From Chlorokybus atmophyticus (Eukaryota; Plantae; Mesostigma and Chlorokybus algae): a stretch of 64,000 bases of DNA. Below, piece after piece: positions 36,694 to 50,543 of the stretch. The number at the start of each line of letters is the position of its first letter. Position 1 is the stretch's first letter. The stretch covers positions 461,368 through 525,367 of the forward strand of contig RHPI01002533.1 in NCBI GenBank assembly GCA_009103225.1. The letters are read 5' to 3'. Under the pieces are notes generated by a model. It was not told the DNA's origin. It did no database searches and saw only the letters and a program-made list of their open reading frames with translations. Made by a program: the position numbers and the translations under genes.

Positions 36694-39600
36694 ATGCCGC
36701 CGCATGAGGCGCGGGCGGCGGAGGGCGAGGTGACGATGGGCGGCGCTTCTGCTGCGGTGGATTTTGAGGAGGAGGAAGAGGACGACGAGGAGACGGGAGT
36801 GCTGGGCGGAAGTGATAGGTGAGGTTGGGCTGGTTTGATGACTTTGGTGTTGGTGATAACAATAGTAATAATGATGGTTGTCGTCACGACGAGGCGAAGA
36901 AGCAAGAGCAGTACGACGGTTGATGTTTGATTGGGTACGTGCAGCGCAACAATCACACAGCAAAGCTGTGTGTAGCGAACAGAACAATGCCTGTCAACCA
37001 ATTGTTATAAGTGACCGTCTGTGTGTTGTGTGAATGCAATTGAATGGGTTCACACTGCAGAAGGTGTGAAATTGCTCAACAAACTTTCAGATCAGTAGAG
37101 GACATACGTTATCCCAAATTGCACCTCTTCACGTGAATTGCGGATCGCTATTGCACTGTGCTTTGCAGTGTCGATTGCTTTCTCTTTGCGCTCAACACAG
37201 GATGCATGGCCGTGGATCTTAGGCCATAATGCAACTTGACATGACTACTACTCATGAACAACCATTCTGTCTGCAGCCTGACACAGCAGTCTGCCGCCGG
37301 TTGCTGTTGAATCTGAAGTGCTTTACGACAATGCTTGTGGCAACTGCTTACACAGCAATTGTTGTCCACTTGACACGTTTAGCTGCCAGCATCGCATTGC
37401 AAAAGCAGCGAGCATGGCCCAAACGCTTATCTGCTACTCAACAGGGATGGAAGGGTGGAGCAGAGCAGGGCAACACATGCAAGGATGCGAAGGAAGAAGT
37501 CGGCTGCTTTGTCTCATGGCCATCACGGCCCCATTGGCAAGGACGCGTCCCCGCTCTCCGCCTACTTCAACCTGATGATGAGTCTGCTCGGCACAGGCAT
37601 GCTCGCACTACCGGCAGCCTTCAAGAGCAGCGGCATCATCGGTGGGGCTGTTAGCTTGACCGCCTTCGCCGCCATCACCGCGCACAGCATCAGGCTCCTT
37701 GTCCGTTCTAAGCACGGCCTTCCCAAAGGCCTTTCTCGAGACCGCTATGACGATATTGGTGCCGCGGCATTTGGTAAAGCGGGACGAATTGCAGCCAACC
37801 TTGCCGTCGTGTCAAGCCAGCTCGGCTTCGCCTGCTCGCACATTGTCTTCGCCGTGGACAACATCCACGACTTGTTCACGCCGCTCGGACCCGTCACGCT
37901 CGTGTTGCTCCTTTGGCCCTGCGGCGTGCTGCTGCAGTTCATACGAAGGTGCAACGCCGCCACAAGTATCATCATATTGGGTTTTTCATGGTTGTGTGGT
38001 GTTGTTGGTTCAACAGCGTGTTGTCTCTCTCATCAGGTTGGACAGCCTAGCGCAGGTCTCCCTGGTGGCCATAGTGTTCGTGCTCATGTCTATAGTGGCC
38101 GTGTTTGTGGATGGCGCCACGCACGGCCTCCCACTCCATTACCCATGGGACAGCAGTCACTACGGCCCTCCATTGAAATGGCGCACCTATGCAGATTTCT
38201 TCGGTAAGCACCATACCACAGTCTGTGCAATTTGCAACACCATCTATGCCCACATTCAGTCGGATGTTGCGATATGTCTGGTTATGCATAGTTGACAACA
38301 GTTGCTCTACACCAAGTGTACTTGCAACGTGTTGAATGCAGGCATTGCAGTCTTTGCGTACTGCTGTCAAGCTGTAGTGGTTCCCCTTGAGGGGTCGCTG
38401 CGGCCGCAGCGTGAAGACAAACTGTTCCCCGTGTCGAAGTCCTCGCCCGCAAGCGTAGAGCGTGAGTCCGCCCCGCTGTTGGATACCCCCAACTCCGGCG
38501 TCACACACACGCAGGAGAGCCTGGAAAGCCCTACACGTGCAGACAACGTCGCAAAACGGTTTCTGCAGGTCAGTTCCTGTTCACAACTGAATGTGACGGC
38601 ACATGGGATGTAGTTACTCAAGAGGTGTTGTTAAACATGATGTTGAGGATCTGTTTATGATGTTAATGGTTGTGTGTGTTGTTGCATGGGTTACTTCTGG
38701 GGCCACATTTTAGTATAGGGGTAGCTGCATCTTGTATTGGTTGCTGCTGTATGAGATGGCAACAACCAAGATAGGACCACCTGTCATCTGGCTGTAGCGG
38801 TAAGAGAAAGGTGAGAGCTTGCATACGGCTACTTACAGCACTGCGTTGGCGTTATATGCATTGCAGGTTGCGGATCTCAGTCTGGTGTCTGTGACCGTGC
38901 TGTACATTGCGTTCGGCGCCCTCGGGTACATGTTCTACGGCGAGAACGTGCACTCGGTGATTACGGCAAACCTGAGCGCAGGCTGGGCCGGCGTCGTCGT
39001 CCGTGCGGGCCTCAGCAGCATGACAATCCTATCCTTGCCGGTGCAGTTGCTGCCCGTGGCAGTGATGGTAGAGGAGACTGTGGTAAGTTGCTGTGTTTGT
39101 GCGCGCGTGCATGCGTGTGTGCGTGCGTGTAAATGCATGCATGTGTGTGCAAGCGCTTGTGTGTGTACTTGTCATAACTTCAGGCTTTGATTGCTTCCCT
39201 GCAAAGTGTGTTCACGATTGCCATGCAATGGCAGGAGGCTGCCGGTTACCTGAAAGAGGATGACGAACTCTGGTCCCTGGACTTTTGGAAGAGGAACGCT
39301 GTTAGGGGAACAGTGGCATCTGTGCCCTTCTTGCTGGCGGCACTTCTGCCCTGCTTTGCCCAGGTGAGGGAACCTCATTGCAAGTACATCGTTTGACATG
39401 GTTGTATGCGGCAGTGTTAGCATGCTTGCAGTTTGCAGAACCAATCAGAAGTTCTGTCAACTTGTCTGCCGAAGGCCTTGCAAGCAAGTCGCGGTGTCCA
39501 CCTGTGTTTACATTTGTTTGTCATGAACACTCACAGCACTTCACTGTGGCAGGTGACAAACTTGGTTGGTGGGTTCTGCAATGCCTTCATGGCGTTTATA

Positions 39601-39753
39601 CTACCACCATTGTTCTACATGAAGTTGTTTTGGGATCGGATCTCGCAGCAGGACTTGACAGTGTGCCTACTCATTTTAGTTGTAGGCCTTATTGGGTTTG
39701 TGAGCACCACTGCAGCATGCGTTCGGGAGATTGCTGCAGGCGTTTGCAATTGA
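36694..39753 (+). CDS. Amino acid transporter, AAAP/Aa_trans family (AVT3/PAT-like)
   Basis: AYFNLMMSLLGTGMLALPAAFKSSG, FFGIAVFAYCCQAVVVPLE, LYIAFGALGYMFYGENVHSVITANL, NLVGGFCNAFMAFILPPLFYMKL; ends GVCN*. Confidence 0.9.
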
Positions 39754-41048
39754 TACATTTAGTTGACACTATTATATTGTACATAAGTGTGTATAGCAAG
39801 TAATGCAATTCGCTTAGGGGTATGGCATCTGCTGCATGGAATCAGTGCACTATACTTTCTATGTAACAAGCTATGTACAGGATGTGGTTTCCGCCCGTCC
39901 TGCTGCACTACCAATTACCTGACGTCTGTCATCCACCCACATTGCACACCAAACTCTCCCTGCCCAGCACTTCACAACACATCGTGGTGGCGCACACACG
40001 GCTGGCAACGATGAAGGGAGTGCTGGGCGTGACAAGCGTGACAGTGCGTTTGCATGCTGTGCAATAGGTGACGAAAGCCCTAAAGCACAGCTCGGTTGAA
40101 TACGACAGCAGTCGCAGCGCCAGCAATTGGGGATCAAAGGTTTGGGAGCGGTAGCGGGGAGAGTTGGCTAGTCATCCTCACCAGTGTGTGGAGTCGGCGC
40201 TATACGACGTTCATGTGGCAAGTGATGACACTGACACTTGCTGTCATGCATGCATGCATGCATGACTGATGGGGATGGGGTGTAGTTGGTAGACGAAGTG
40301 AGGTTGTTGATAGGCTCGAGTGTCTGTTAGCCCGGTGGTACAATTGTGTGTGTCCTCATGCTGTTTCATGCAGTACTAGTAGTGAGGTGTCCCATCCATG
40401 CATGTGCACATTGCACTTCACATATTTTGTACATACAGCAGCCAACTTCGCTTGTCCTGCGTCCATTGTCTCCTTGCTGCCGTCAGCATCTCACTCCGTT
40501 GCCAGCCCCACGTCCACCTCTATGGTTGGCGGAATAAAACTGACTACTTGCATGTCAGCAAACACACGTCATCCTAGGGCATCTTATGTACAGTGACGAG
40601 GGAGAAAGATTGTTCACGTTATCTTAAGGGGTTTATAATAAACAGAGTGTGATGACAGCTGCAATAAGCCAGCTGCCTAACTCATCTGAGCTGTCAGTCT
40701 GAGTTCATGCATTTGTGGTATCATAGTCACACAACCTCTGCAAATCACAACGCCATACCCGCATGTTCCCGCAGACAGCATAATAGTCTAGCATACTATC
40801 TCTTTTACACATACATGGTGAGCACTATCTGCTTCATGTCCAGCATGAAAGCAAGAAAAGTGGGGCATTATTATTATGTAACAGTGTACGTGCTGCAGGA
40901 ACAAGCTACTGGCATCATAGTAGCTAACAAAGCCCACGACTACTACACAAAGGCGTACATCTAAGGTTGCCGTAGACAAAAACCCTATGCACCGCTGGGC
41001 CCAGCCCTTCATCAAGCAATCGCAGCACCGCCCCGCAGCCTTGCCAAC

Positions 41049-42114
41049 TTAGGCCTGATAACCATTCGGGAAAGTGAGTGGATAGTTGTTCTGGGCACGG
41101 CGGCAGTCATTGCGGTTGCCGGCAGGGAAGCTTGCGGGCAACGTGTCGTTGATCCACTCGAGCTTGCGCTGAGACAGACCCAACGTGAGCTGCAAAACGT
41201 CAAATGGAGTTCGGAAGAGAGATGTTGCGGCGGGCTGCATGGGGAGAGATTTAGAAAGGTTGAAGTCACTGATACACATAGCGCAAAACCTTGCTGGTAT
41301 GTTACTGACCAGTGTGCCGGGGTTCTGACTGTTGAAAGCCGCAAGAACGAGCGCGCCCTTCTCGGTGTCAAAGTTGGTCTCGAAGTGAAGCAAGCCGCGC
41401 GGGTTCAGCGCCACATCTCCGGCTTTCAGTGTGCTCGTCCTCAGTCTCACTGCACACACAGTCAATTTGTCATTGTCAACCACACTCATGCTCGCAGTTG
41501 GAAAGCATTCAAATGTGCCTGGCTTCGGGAGTGCCTTCCCCCCTGCAAAGACTACCCAAACACATGTACATGCGCGTTCACACAGACGTGCAGTGAGTGA
41601 GCATGGCAACTTACGAGAGGTGTCGATGAGCATGATGGTGACCTGGCCTTCGATGATGTACAGCAGCTCGGACCCACGCGGGTGCGTGTGTGGCGGGTTC
41701 TGACTGCACGGCTTGAACGTCAGGAGCGAGTAACTCTGCCCCTGGCCCCTGCGTCCAGCCCCTAGCAGTGAGCCTTACACAAGCATTGAGTCCGCACCAA
41801 CCAGCAATTATACAACACAGTATCCATCATCATGTAGAACAGTCCATCATGCCATTCATGCCTGAGACGGATGCAGCAAGTACCACATCAATGCCATATG
41901 CATCAACCACATACGTGAGTGCGGGGAAGGTGGCAGCATTCAGGCGCTGGACCATCCCGCCGGTGCCTGCAGGCGCGGGGAGGCCGTTGAAGGTAGCGGC
42001 CACGGAAGCCTCGGGGTCAAAAAGGTCCACAACAGGGTCGGGATCCGCGGCGATGACACCACTCAGGGTGGTGCCGGTGGTAAGGAGGAGGATGAGCACC
42101 AGGACAAGCGCCAT
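41049..42114 (-). CDS. Secreted germin-like protein (monocupin)
   Basis: Signal peptide then AADPDP. Germin box 1 NPPHTHPRGSELLYIIEG, box 2 GDVALNPRGLLHFETN, then AAFNSQNPG. Four exons. Confidence 0.92.
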
Positions 42115-42905
42115 GGCTGGCTGCTGGTTGAGTCTAGCTCTGAGCTGTTTTTCTCAACTCAACCTGAACTAAAACACAACAACTTAACCAGACCAGACCA
42201 CACTGACTGAAGCAGAGACCAACGTAGGGTATAAGTACTTGCAACTGCATCTCATGGAGTCGACATCGGTAACCTCAGCATTGTTGGTGACGTGAACAGG
42301 CGGAGCTACGCAGCTTTACCTCGTCAGATATTGGATATTGTATGTCAGGCAGGCAGGCAGCCATGAGGTCTTTCACATTGGAAAATACACCTAGGCTATC
42401 TCGTACAAGTGCGCTGTACTGTGTGTACCTGTCTTGTTCGGCAAGGTGGTCCTTTCTTGAGAGAAGCAGACTGCTTGCCTGCAGCAGTGTGTGCATGACA
42501 GTGACAGGCAGAGAAGGCTGCTGGGCGACAGGTCCAAGGGCTGATTGATGTGTGGCGCTCACCTGCCTGATGACGCCTTGGAAGTATCGACATGGCGTGT
42601 TGGTGCAGCAGAAGACAGAAGTAATCTTAATCAACTTTTTGCCGCCACGACGGTAGGCAAACGTCGGCATCTGTCAGCAGCTGTACGTGGTACATATTCA
42701 TGAAGTCACCACTCATGTGGCCCAGCATCAAACACAATTCAATTGGCTGGTGCAGCGGAGGTGAGGCATTATGGAAGGGCCAAGTGCGCATCAACGCGAC
42801 GACCTATCCACTGGCAGAGAGCACGACAACAGCAACAAGCAGAGCTGCAAGCGGTTAACATACAAGATGTACATGTGTAAGTGCAAGCAGTCTGATCAGA
42901 CCACA

Positions 42906-45184
42906 TCACTTGGGTGCATGCACGCTTGCTAGAAGTCCTGCCAGCCGCGCCCGATATCTTTTGAGCTGATGCGCTCGCTTGGCGACCTCTCTGCGCGGTA
43001 ATGAATGGCAATGTCAAGACGCTGCATGCATCCAAACATCAACTGTGTTGAGAGGAAACACATGCATGTCAAATGTGCATGTTGGGGTTGGACTTCAAGC
43101 CTCAGCATGCATGCAGTATGTCAGTGTATTGATACTGCCAATGTCATGCGCAACGCACCTTTTGCGAAGTGCTTCAAAGCGCTGCTTGTGCTCCAGTAAG
43201 AGCTTCTCCACTGGCTCAGGCTCACGGTCACTCTTTTGCACGCAAAGAAAAGCATAACGAAGGTCTGCTTGCGACTTTGTCATGTTGCTTGAGAGTTACT
43301 TGGTCAACAAGATCAAGTAATTCAATGACCAAGCATCCCATAAAAAGCTGGTGGTTATCCTCCATGAATATTTCTTATCTGTTCGTCCTATGGACTCCCT
43401 CCAACCCACAACCATGTACATGACGGACAACAAGGCAGTAGCTATGCCATATACGATGTTGCAGTGCCAACACAGCATGCTTTCAACATGTAGAATGGAT
43501 GATCAACTCACCATTACGTCTGCAACGCTTGTCCTGCCTGAGGTCGACGTCAATGCGAGGTCAGTGAGCGCTGCTGCATGCTGCTCTTCTGGATTCTTTG
43601 CTGGCAACGGCGGCAGTGTGACAACGGGACCAACCTGTGCCATGCACCCAATATCTGTTTTGTTGTTTTTGAAGGCCTGCTTTAAACATGGAATGCAAAG
43701 CCCACCTCGACAGCGAGCGTTGCATCCTCCACGCGTGGATCGTTACGCAGCCACTTTCGGAGCAGGGAGTATAGTGTAGACTTGTCATCCGCTGCCACGC
43801 GCAACTGTTGGCAAACCATAAGCACACAGAGTTGCTATCAGTGCCAGCGGACATTTGCAGTGGATGGTGTCTTACGTGTGCATGCTTAGCACAAGATAGC
43901 AGCAAGCGCAGCAAGGGCAAGCTGTACCTTCCTACCCTGAACAGTTATAATGTGACCGCCTGTATTCGCGTTCTGAGCCCTGCAGGCACGAATCAACTGT
44001 GTGTTGGCTGCATGCAATCCCTTGCAAGCGCACGCACACGAGGTCAAAGCCGTAGGTGGTTGCAGTCTGAACTCAAGCAGCAGTGATGCTGCTACTTATA
44101 CAAGGTCGTGCATGCAGCGTTTCCACAAGCACAAGCGCTGGCAACACATAGACAAGTCAACCAGCATGGCGTTCGTGTTGGACTTCTCAAACATACCCTT
44201 CGGCAGGGGCGGCTGGCACCTTGCGACGACTTTTGGTTGGGGGAGGCGTGTCTACAGGAGCATTGCGCGGACGAAATGGCGACGCAGCTGGCGGCCGCTT
44301 CTGCCCGCTGCGCATGCAGTGGCAATCAGTCATCAGCAGCTTTGAAACTACACACATACCGCACGTAGCATGGCCTTGACACCCAATGCCTCATGTAGTC
44401 TAGCTGGTGTTCGACGGAAAAACAAACGAAGAACATAGCAAGCAACGGATGTGACAAAGTTTGACATGTTGCACGTTTGCGAAATTGGCGATCAGGCCAA
44501 CTTTACAAGCAGTGACATAATGGCACATGCAGATATAATACACGTATGTTGTTCCTAGGCAAAACCGCGCATTAGGGTAATGTCTACCCTGCTGCATGTG
44601 GCCATCGCCAACTTATCCTGCACACAATTTGCATGCATGCATGCACTGCTCTCAGCCTCACCTCGCAGGCAGCGAGCGCTGCTGCAGGAGGATTGCATGC
44701 TTGTGTGGAACGAACCTCTCTGGCTGCGGAACGGTTACCGGGCTCTGTGGACGAACAACACACGAAGGACAGCAGATAAAATGGAGATCATTTCCAAGCA
44801 TGTTTCTAAGTAGGCTTGCGATGCACATGGTGTCTGTCAGCTTGCATTATTCTCATCAAACACAGCGCGGCACACAAGCTTCAAAACAGAAGCTCAGCTT
44901 GACTGCTGCAAGCATGCTGCTGGCGAGACAGGCGCATGTAAGCTCTAATCTGGAGCACTCACTGTGCCTACAGGGTGCGGGTAAGGTGCTGAGGAAGCAG
45001 GGGCAAGTGCAAGTGCTTGTGCAGGGCTGACGCTGTTGTTAATGACGTTGTTGTTGGGCTGGTGCGGCTGCTGCATTTGCTGCTGTGCTGTTTGCTTCTG
45101 GTTGCCGTCGCCATCGTCGTCGTCGTCGTCGTCCAGCGTCTCCTCCGCCACCAGCGACGGCCCCGCCTCTCCGCCTTCCGCCAT
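42906..45184 (-). CDS. LIN37: LIN37-like MuvB/DREAM complex subunit
   Basis: Low-complexity N-terminus, then IITVQGRK|LRVAADDKSTLYSLLRKWLRNDP...LPPLP and C-terminal LLLEHKQRFEALRKREVAKRAHQLKRYRARLAGLL. This matches the two conserved blocks recalled for plant LIN37. Confidence 0.7.
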
Positions 45185-45817
45185 CACCTTGCAGGTGCCG
45201 TCCTCATCGTTGACATTGACGCGGCGGAGGCTGAGGCGGCGGCGGAGGAGGACGAGGAGCAGGGGGATGAGGACGAGACGGCGGTTGTTGTAGCTGTTGT
45301 TGTAGGTGTTGGTGGCGGTAGTGGTCTTGGTGGTGGCGTGTTTGTGGGCTGTCGCTGGCAGCTTATCGTCGTTTTGGCTGCTTGCTGAAGCTGGCCTGGT
45401 GGCCTGGTGTTTGGACTTGAGTACAAGGCCTCAGTGGGATTGCAACACAAAAGCCAGTGTGTAAGCGCCTGGTAAGTTACTAGTTTGTCAAAGTAAGCCA
45501 TAGAACAGTTGGCAGAGACAGTCTTGCTGGTTGTTTTGTTGCATGCTCTTGTCCGCTGCAGCTGCTTGCTGTCCATCCCACTTGTTGCAAGTATGGCGCG
45601 CACAATTGTTTCTGTTTGGAACAACACCTACTCATGCGCAGCTCATGTATTAGGGCTAACATTGACTACACAGTACAGTACGCAAGTTGTTGCCTTGTAC
45701 CAGTGTATGCGATGGCGTGAAGGGTAGCTACATTGAGCCTGAACAGTTTTAAATTGCTCAAGCTTGTGCGCATTTGTGCGATGCAGGCCCGCCTTTGCCT
45801 AGAAGTTCTCATCTTGG

Positions 45818-47744
45818 ATGACCACCGAGGTCGAGGCCGCCGTGCTTGCAGCGTGCAGAAAACACGCTAATGTGAGTGTGAGACCGTGTCATACGCTTCA
45901 TTGCATTTCACTTGTTCATGCACGCTGCTCTTTCTTGAAGTTGTGTAAAAAGAATGGCTGTTTTCCGCATGTGTAGGGCGTGGCCGACAGCGTGCTGGCT
46001 GTGGAGCTCAGCGATGTCGACGTGTCGGATAGAGTGGCTGCCATCAACTCGTTGCTCGCTAGTGTAAGACGCAATTCGATGGTTGCATGCGCATGTTGTT
46101 GGCAAGTTGTGCGCTGTATTTACTCACCAAACCGTATGCATGCGACCTCTGGCAGCAACTACTGCGGATATTCAAGCAAGGCGATACACTTGTGTACAAA
46201 GGCATCGACCAAGATGAGGCAGTCAGGTATGTGCTGTGCGTGTATATGCGGACCAGCAATGATCGAGTCTTGTTAACAACATGACACGTTCAATGCATTG
46301 ATAGCTAATGCCTGGGCATGGCGTATGAATATGACTGGTTTTATTATGCGCGTGTCAGGTTCAAGGGCCTCTCATCAGAGGACATGCTTGTTTATCAGTT
46401 GATACAGAGATCAGGCAACATGGGTGAGTTTTGGACATGATGCATCTGTTGCATCACTTCAGCAGTGTGCAGCTCGCAGTCTGTATAGCACTGTCTGCAA
46501 GAGCGCTCACTAGGTCACAAGCAAGCAGACCCAGAAGTATACATGTGCTGCTACGTTTCCCTCATCTATTGGCTGTCAGGTATCTGGACCAAGGACATGA
46601 AGATCCGCAGCAACCTGCAGCAGCCTCAGATCACCAAGATATTGAAGACCCTAGAAGGCAGGAAACTTGTGAAAGCCGTGAAGTCCGTTGCGGTTGGTAA
46701 AGATGATGTCCCATGTGTGGTCTCAGCAGCATCGCATGGCTTTCAAGTGTCTGTCCAGCGTTTAAACCATCACAAGCGCTCTCGTAAAATGCGCATTGAT
46801 AACGCTTTCTCATGCTTTGCGACTCATTTATGATGCCCGTCCAGAGCAAAAACCGGAAGGTTTACATGGCCTTTGAGGTGGAGCCGTCGCGCGAGATCAC
46901 CGGTGGTGCATGGTACACGGAGCAGGAGTTTGATGCAGAGTTTATTGGTGTGCTCATGCAGCAGTGCTCAAAGTACATCAATGCCAAGGTGCGCCATGAG
47001 TTCTTGTGCGGCTGTTACATGCATGCATATACGGCAGTCGCAGTGCGTAGCGTGCACTGTTGAACGGACTGATCTCAACCACTCACACACGACAACAGGG
47101 CACAGCCACCTTGGCTGATCTCCATCAGTTTGTCAAGTCGACCGGGCTGTCAAAGATAGAACTAAGCCAAGAAGATGTGCTTTCGGTAAGTGCTGCCAGC
47201 ATGAATTGCCTTTGGTGCAGCTGGGTGTTCTTGCAATTCACAGTTGCGCTTACATGTTGACCATGTCACCCTACGCAGATTATCAACACTCTTATATTTG
47301 ATGGCAAAGTTGAGGAACTGACATCAACAGGGCCAGGAGACCCGAATGTCCCAAAGAAGGTGAGAGAGGCTTTGGCAGCACGGCGTTAACCAAAAAGCGC
47401 TTGTTGTTGCAGAAGCACGTTGCAACTGCCATATTGGTTGTTGTTACTTGCATGACTTAGACCTCCTAACTCATGCAACCTAACTCATTGTATGTGTGCA
47501 CAGACTTATCCACGCAACACTGTCTTCTACCGACCTGCGAGGACGAGCATGCCAGAAACCACTGCTTTCACATCGTTGCCATGCGGCATCTGCACTGTAA
47601 GATGTCAATTGTTGCTACAGCTTGTCAACTCGCACAGTGCTATGCTAACTAAGTGGGTTGCTACAGGTGTTTGATGAATGCACGCCAGATGGCATTATCA
47701 ATCCATCCTCGTGCGAGTACTACCAGCAATGGTTGGAGTTTTGA
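45818..47744 (+). CDS. RPC6: RNA polymerase III subunit RPC6 (RPC34/C39)
   Basis: GNMGIWTKDMKIRSNLQQPQITKILKTLEGRKLVKAVKSV, RKVYMAFEVEPSREITGGAWY, IINTLIFDGKVE, and the C-terminal Fe-S Cys motif PCGICTVFDECTPDGIINPSSCEYYQQWLEF*. Confidence 0.95.
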
Positions 47745-48807
47745 TCCTGGTCTGCGGTCAAGTAGGGTTGGACAACAGCTCGAGGGATGGCGTTTGTGCG
47801 GTGTTCAAGGGCTGAACACCTGCTTGGTGTTGTGTTGTTTCTCGTCGTAATGCGGCGCAACACATCACTTGCTATTTGCTTGTGCTGGTTGTGCCAGTTG
47901 TTGTTCAAATGCTATCGAGCGGAATGTGCATTGCAGACTGCTCTTGTTGGTCCGCCATGTCACATTGTCCGAGCAGATAGCAACATTTGTCTCGGTGTAG
48001 TATACAAAAGGGGTGTGCTACTATGTGGCGTTGTGGCTTGCTTATGGCTTCCACCAGCAAAGTGTTTGCAACATAAATATACACCTTGTTTAATGCACGG
48101 AGATCACATAAGAGCTGCGCTAGGCACGCTCAGAATTCTTGTTTGGTTGAAAGCATGTGGGTTGTTCTTGGCTTGTGCAAGCACTAGGTCTCTGCACAGA
48201 ATTGCACAACTCCCAACCTCAGTGTCATAACCACCTGCCTGGCACTTGAGTTGTTGGAGGGGTAGATCGATGATGCGCTCTCTCTTCTCGCTGTTGACTC
48301 TTGTCTCAGCTGTGCCATGCCGCTGCCTCACCTCCCAGCTCAATATATCTCTGTGTTGCTTCATATGCATGTATGCGTATGGCACCCGCAATAGTGCACA
48401 CAGACCAGATGCATGTGTGCTCACTCATGTGCTCACACACTCTTCTCACACCAGGTCGTCAACCGAGTATGGTAGTGTACGCAGTGTACAGAATATGCAC
48501 GTGATGTATGCAACATGCACGACACATGCATAGACACTTGACCATAACCACACTCACCGCTATCACGACCACCGGGCTAGGTGCACACTACCGACTACTT
48601 ACTTCACTACTCTACTGCCCAACCCTGTCAGCCTGCAAGCATGCGTTACCTGCCGCATCGCCAGTAGAGTCAGCCTTGAGTAGGACCACGTTGACGACCA
48701 CAACGACCAGCAGACTCCCCCCGCCACCGCTCCCAACCTCGCCACCATGACAACTGCTGTCGCAGCTGCCTTTGCCTGAAGTACATAGCTCATCAATCTG
48801 CCTTGAC

Positions 48808-50062
48808 CTACAGTTCTTCAATAGCAGTTGGCGCTCCTCAAATGACTGAAATACTGTGCTCGAGGGATTTGGTTGAGCCGTTGTGGTTGAAATGGTCATT
48901 GCCTTGTTCAATGTGCGCAACAGTAGCTGCGGGGCCTTTGGCAGCAGCCGTAAGACCTCTTAATGCATGTCTGCAGTGTATACATAGCCATTGTTGTTGC
49001 TGTCATGGGCAGCATTGGCAACCCGTGTAAAGGCAACACACGCAGGTAATGGGCTCCATGCAGCGCATCCCAAAGCTGATTGATGTAAAGCTCGCTGATG
49101 ACTAGCAGCACAGAACGGATATGGCAGAGCTGGCATGCAAAAGATTTTATGGGAAAGTTAGCACAACTTTGCGCCAAAACCTCCCACCATGCGCTGTTTA
49201 GAGAGCCGCTCGAGGCTGGGCGGCAAGAGCCCCTGCAATGTGGTGTAGGACGCATATATCCGCAATGTCTTGAGTGACGTCATTTTGTGGAATGCAACTG
49301 CGTGCAACCATCGACTTAGGTTCAGCTCTTCCATCGACCTGTAGCTGACGAACTGACGAACATCAAAATGCACTGCGCAATGCCTCGTCCACACGTTGTT
49401 CAGCGTGATGCATCTGGCAGCATGCATGCTGCCAAACCGGTGGAGGTACGCGTCTTGTGCGAGAAGGCAGGCGTGTCTGAAATGTTCAGTGCAATTGACC
49501 GTAGCCGCGGAAGTACTAGCACTGGCAGTGGTAGTGCTCTATTGGCACCTAAAGGCCCTGCATTAGTGTCGGACAGCAAGCAGCAGCATATGGTAGAGCA
49601 GCGGGGCCATCAGAACAAATATAGGACTACACCGCAAGCAAGACGCATTATGATAGGCCACAAGCAAAGCTAGCAACCAAGCACGAGCAACACAGATAAA
49701 GAAGGCTACACTATGGGGCAGCATGTAGGAGGTGTTCGTTGCCGATAACGCCAACGGGAGCATTCCGCCTCCTATTTTCTGAAGTGCTCCACATTGTTGA
49801 CATATTCTGGCTGGAGCGAAGCAACATATAGACCGAAGAGCAGCTTAGATTGCTCTGGCTATCTGTGCTGCAGCAACTGTTTGTCCACGGTGAGGGCGTC
49901 GCCCGCAGCACGGTTGCGAAGCGCTTGCACACCAGCATCATATGCGCACCTTTGAGTATGTCTTCCTCACATGCCAAGGACAGGAGTACGCCAAGGACCC
50001 CATCACCAACTGTTCGCACGAATGCGGGGACGTCTGTGTTGCTGCTTGCTCGCGCTTTCCAT
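48808..50062 (-). pseudogene. Decayed tandem copy of the F-box/LRR-like gene
   Basis: Colinear with 50544-51757 (shared MMLVCKRFA.VLR.TP..WTNSC, DSQSNLSCSSVY.LL, VLPRL.SI.LNI, LERLS, LC.IRSVLLVI). It carries a frameshift about 8 codons after the ATG and further shifts and stops. Confidence 0.8.
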
Positions 50063-50543
50063 CTGCAACTTCCATCCTCATGTTACGCACACTCAGTGTC
50101 ATGTAGAGACATACAAGCACGCTCTCATGCGTGGTTGCTCACACATGCGTGCACAGTCAACAGACATTGAACTGAGCGACATGCCAACGTTAACCATGAT
50201 GTGTCACATGTCGAGCATTGGAACTCAAGTGGAAGCTGGTCTGCCCAGACAAATTTTCAGCAATGCGCTGACTCAAGCATACAACGCAGTATAGCACAAT
50301 GCAAGACCCAGCAGATCAAAGCTGTAGCTGCAGCAATTACACGTGCACTTGCGCCCTTGAGACTTCCAACGCACAGATAGTGGAACCATCACTTAACGTG
50401 TCAAAGCATACGTGTAGGACTCATCTGTGCTGTGGGAGCAGGCACGCAGTTGAAAGACATGAAAGGTAAACAGAAAGCACTTGCCTAGGAAGCCAGCATC
50501 ATGTTGAACAATCACTTACCCTGCCGGAGACAACTGCCTTCAC

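Noticed and set aside
42275-42670. Separate gene between the germin-like gene and LIN37
   Set aside because: Short frames on both strands with no start or family motif; could be the LIN37 3' UTR.
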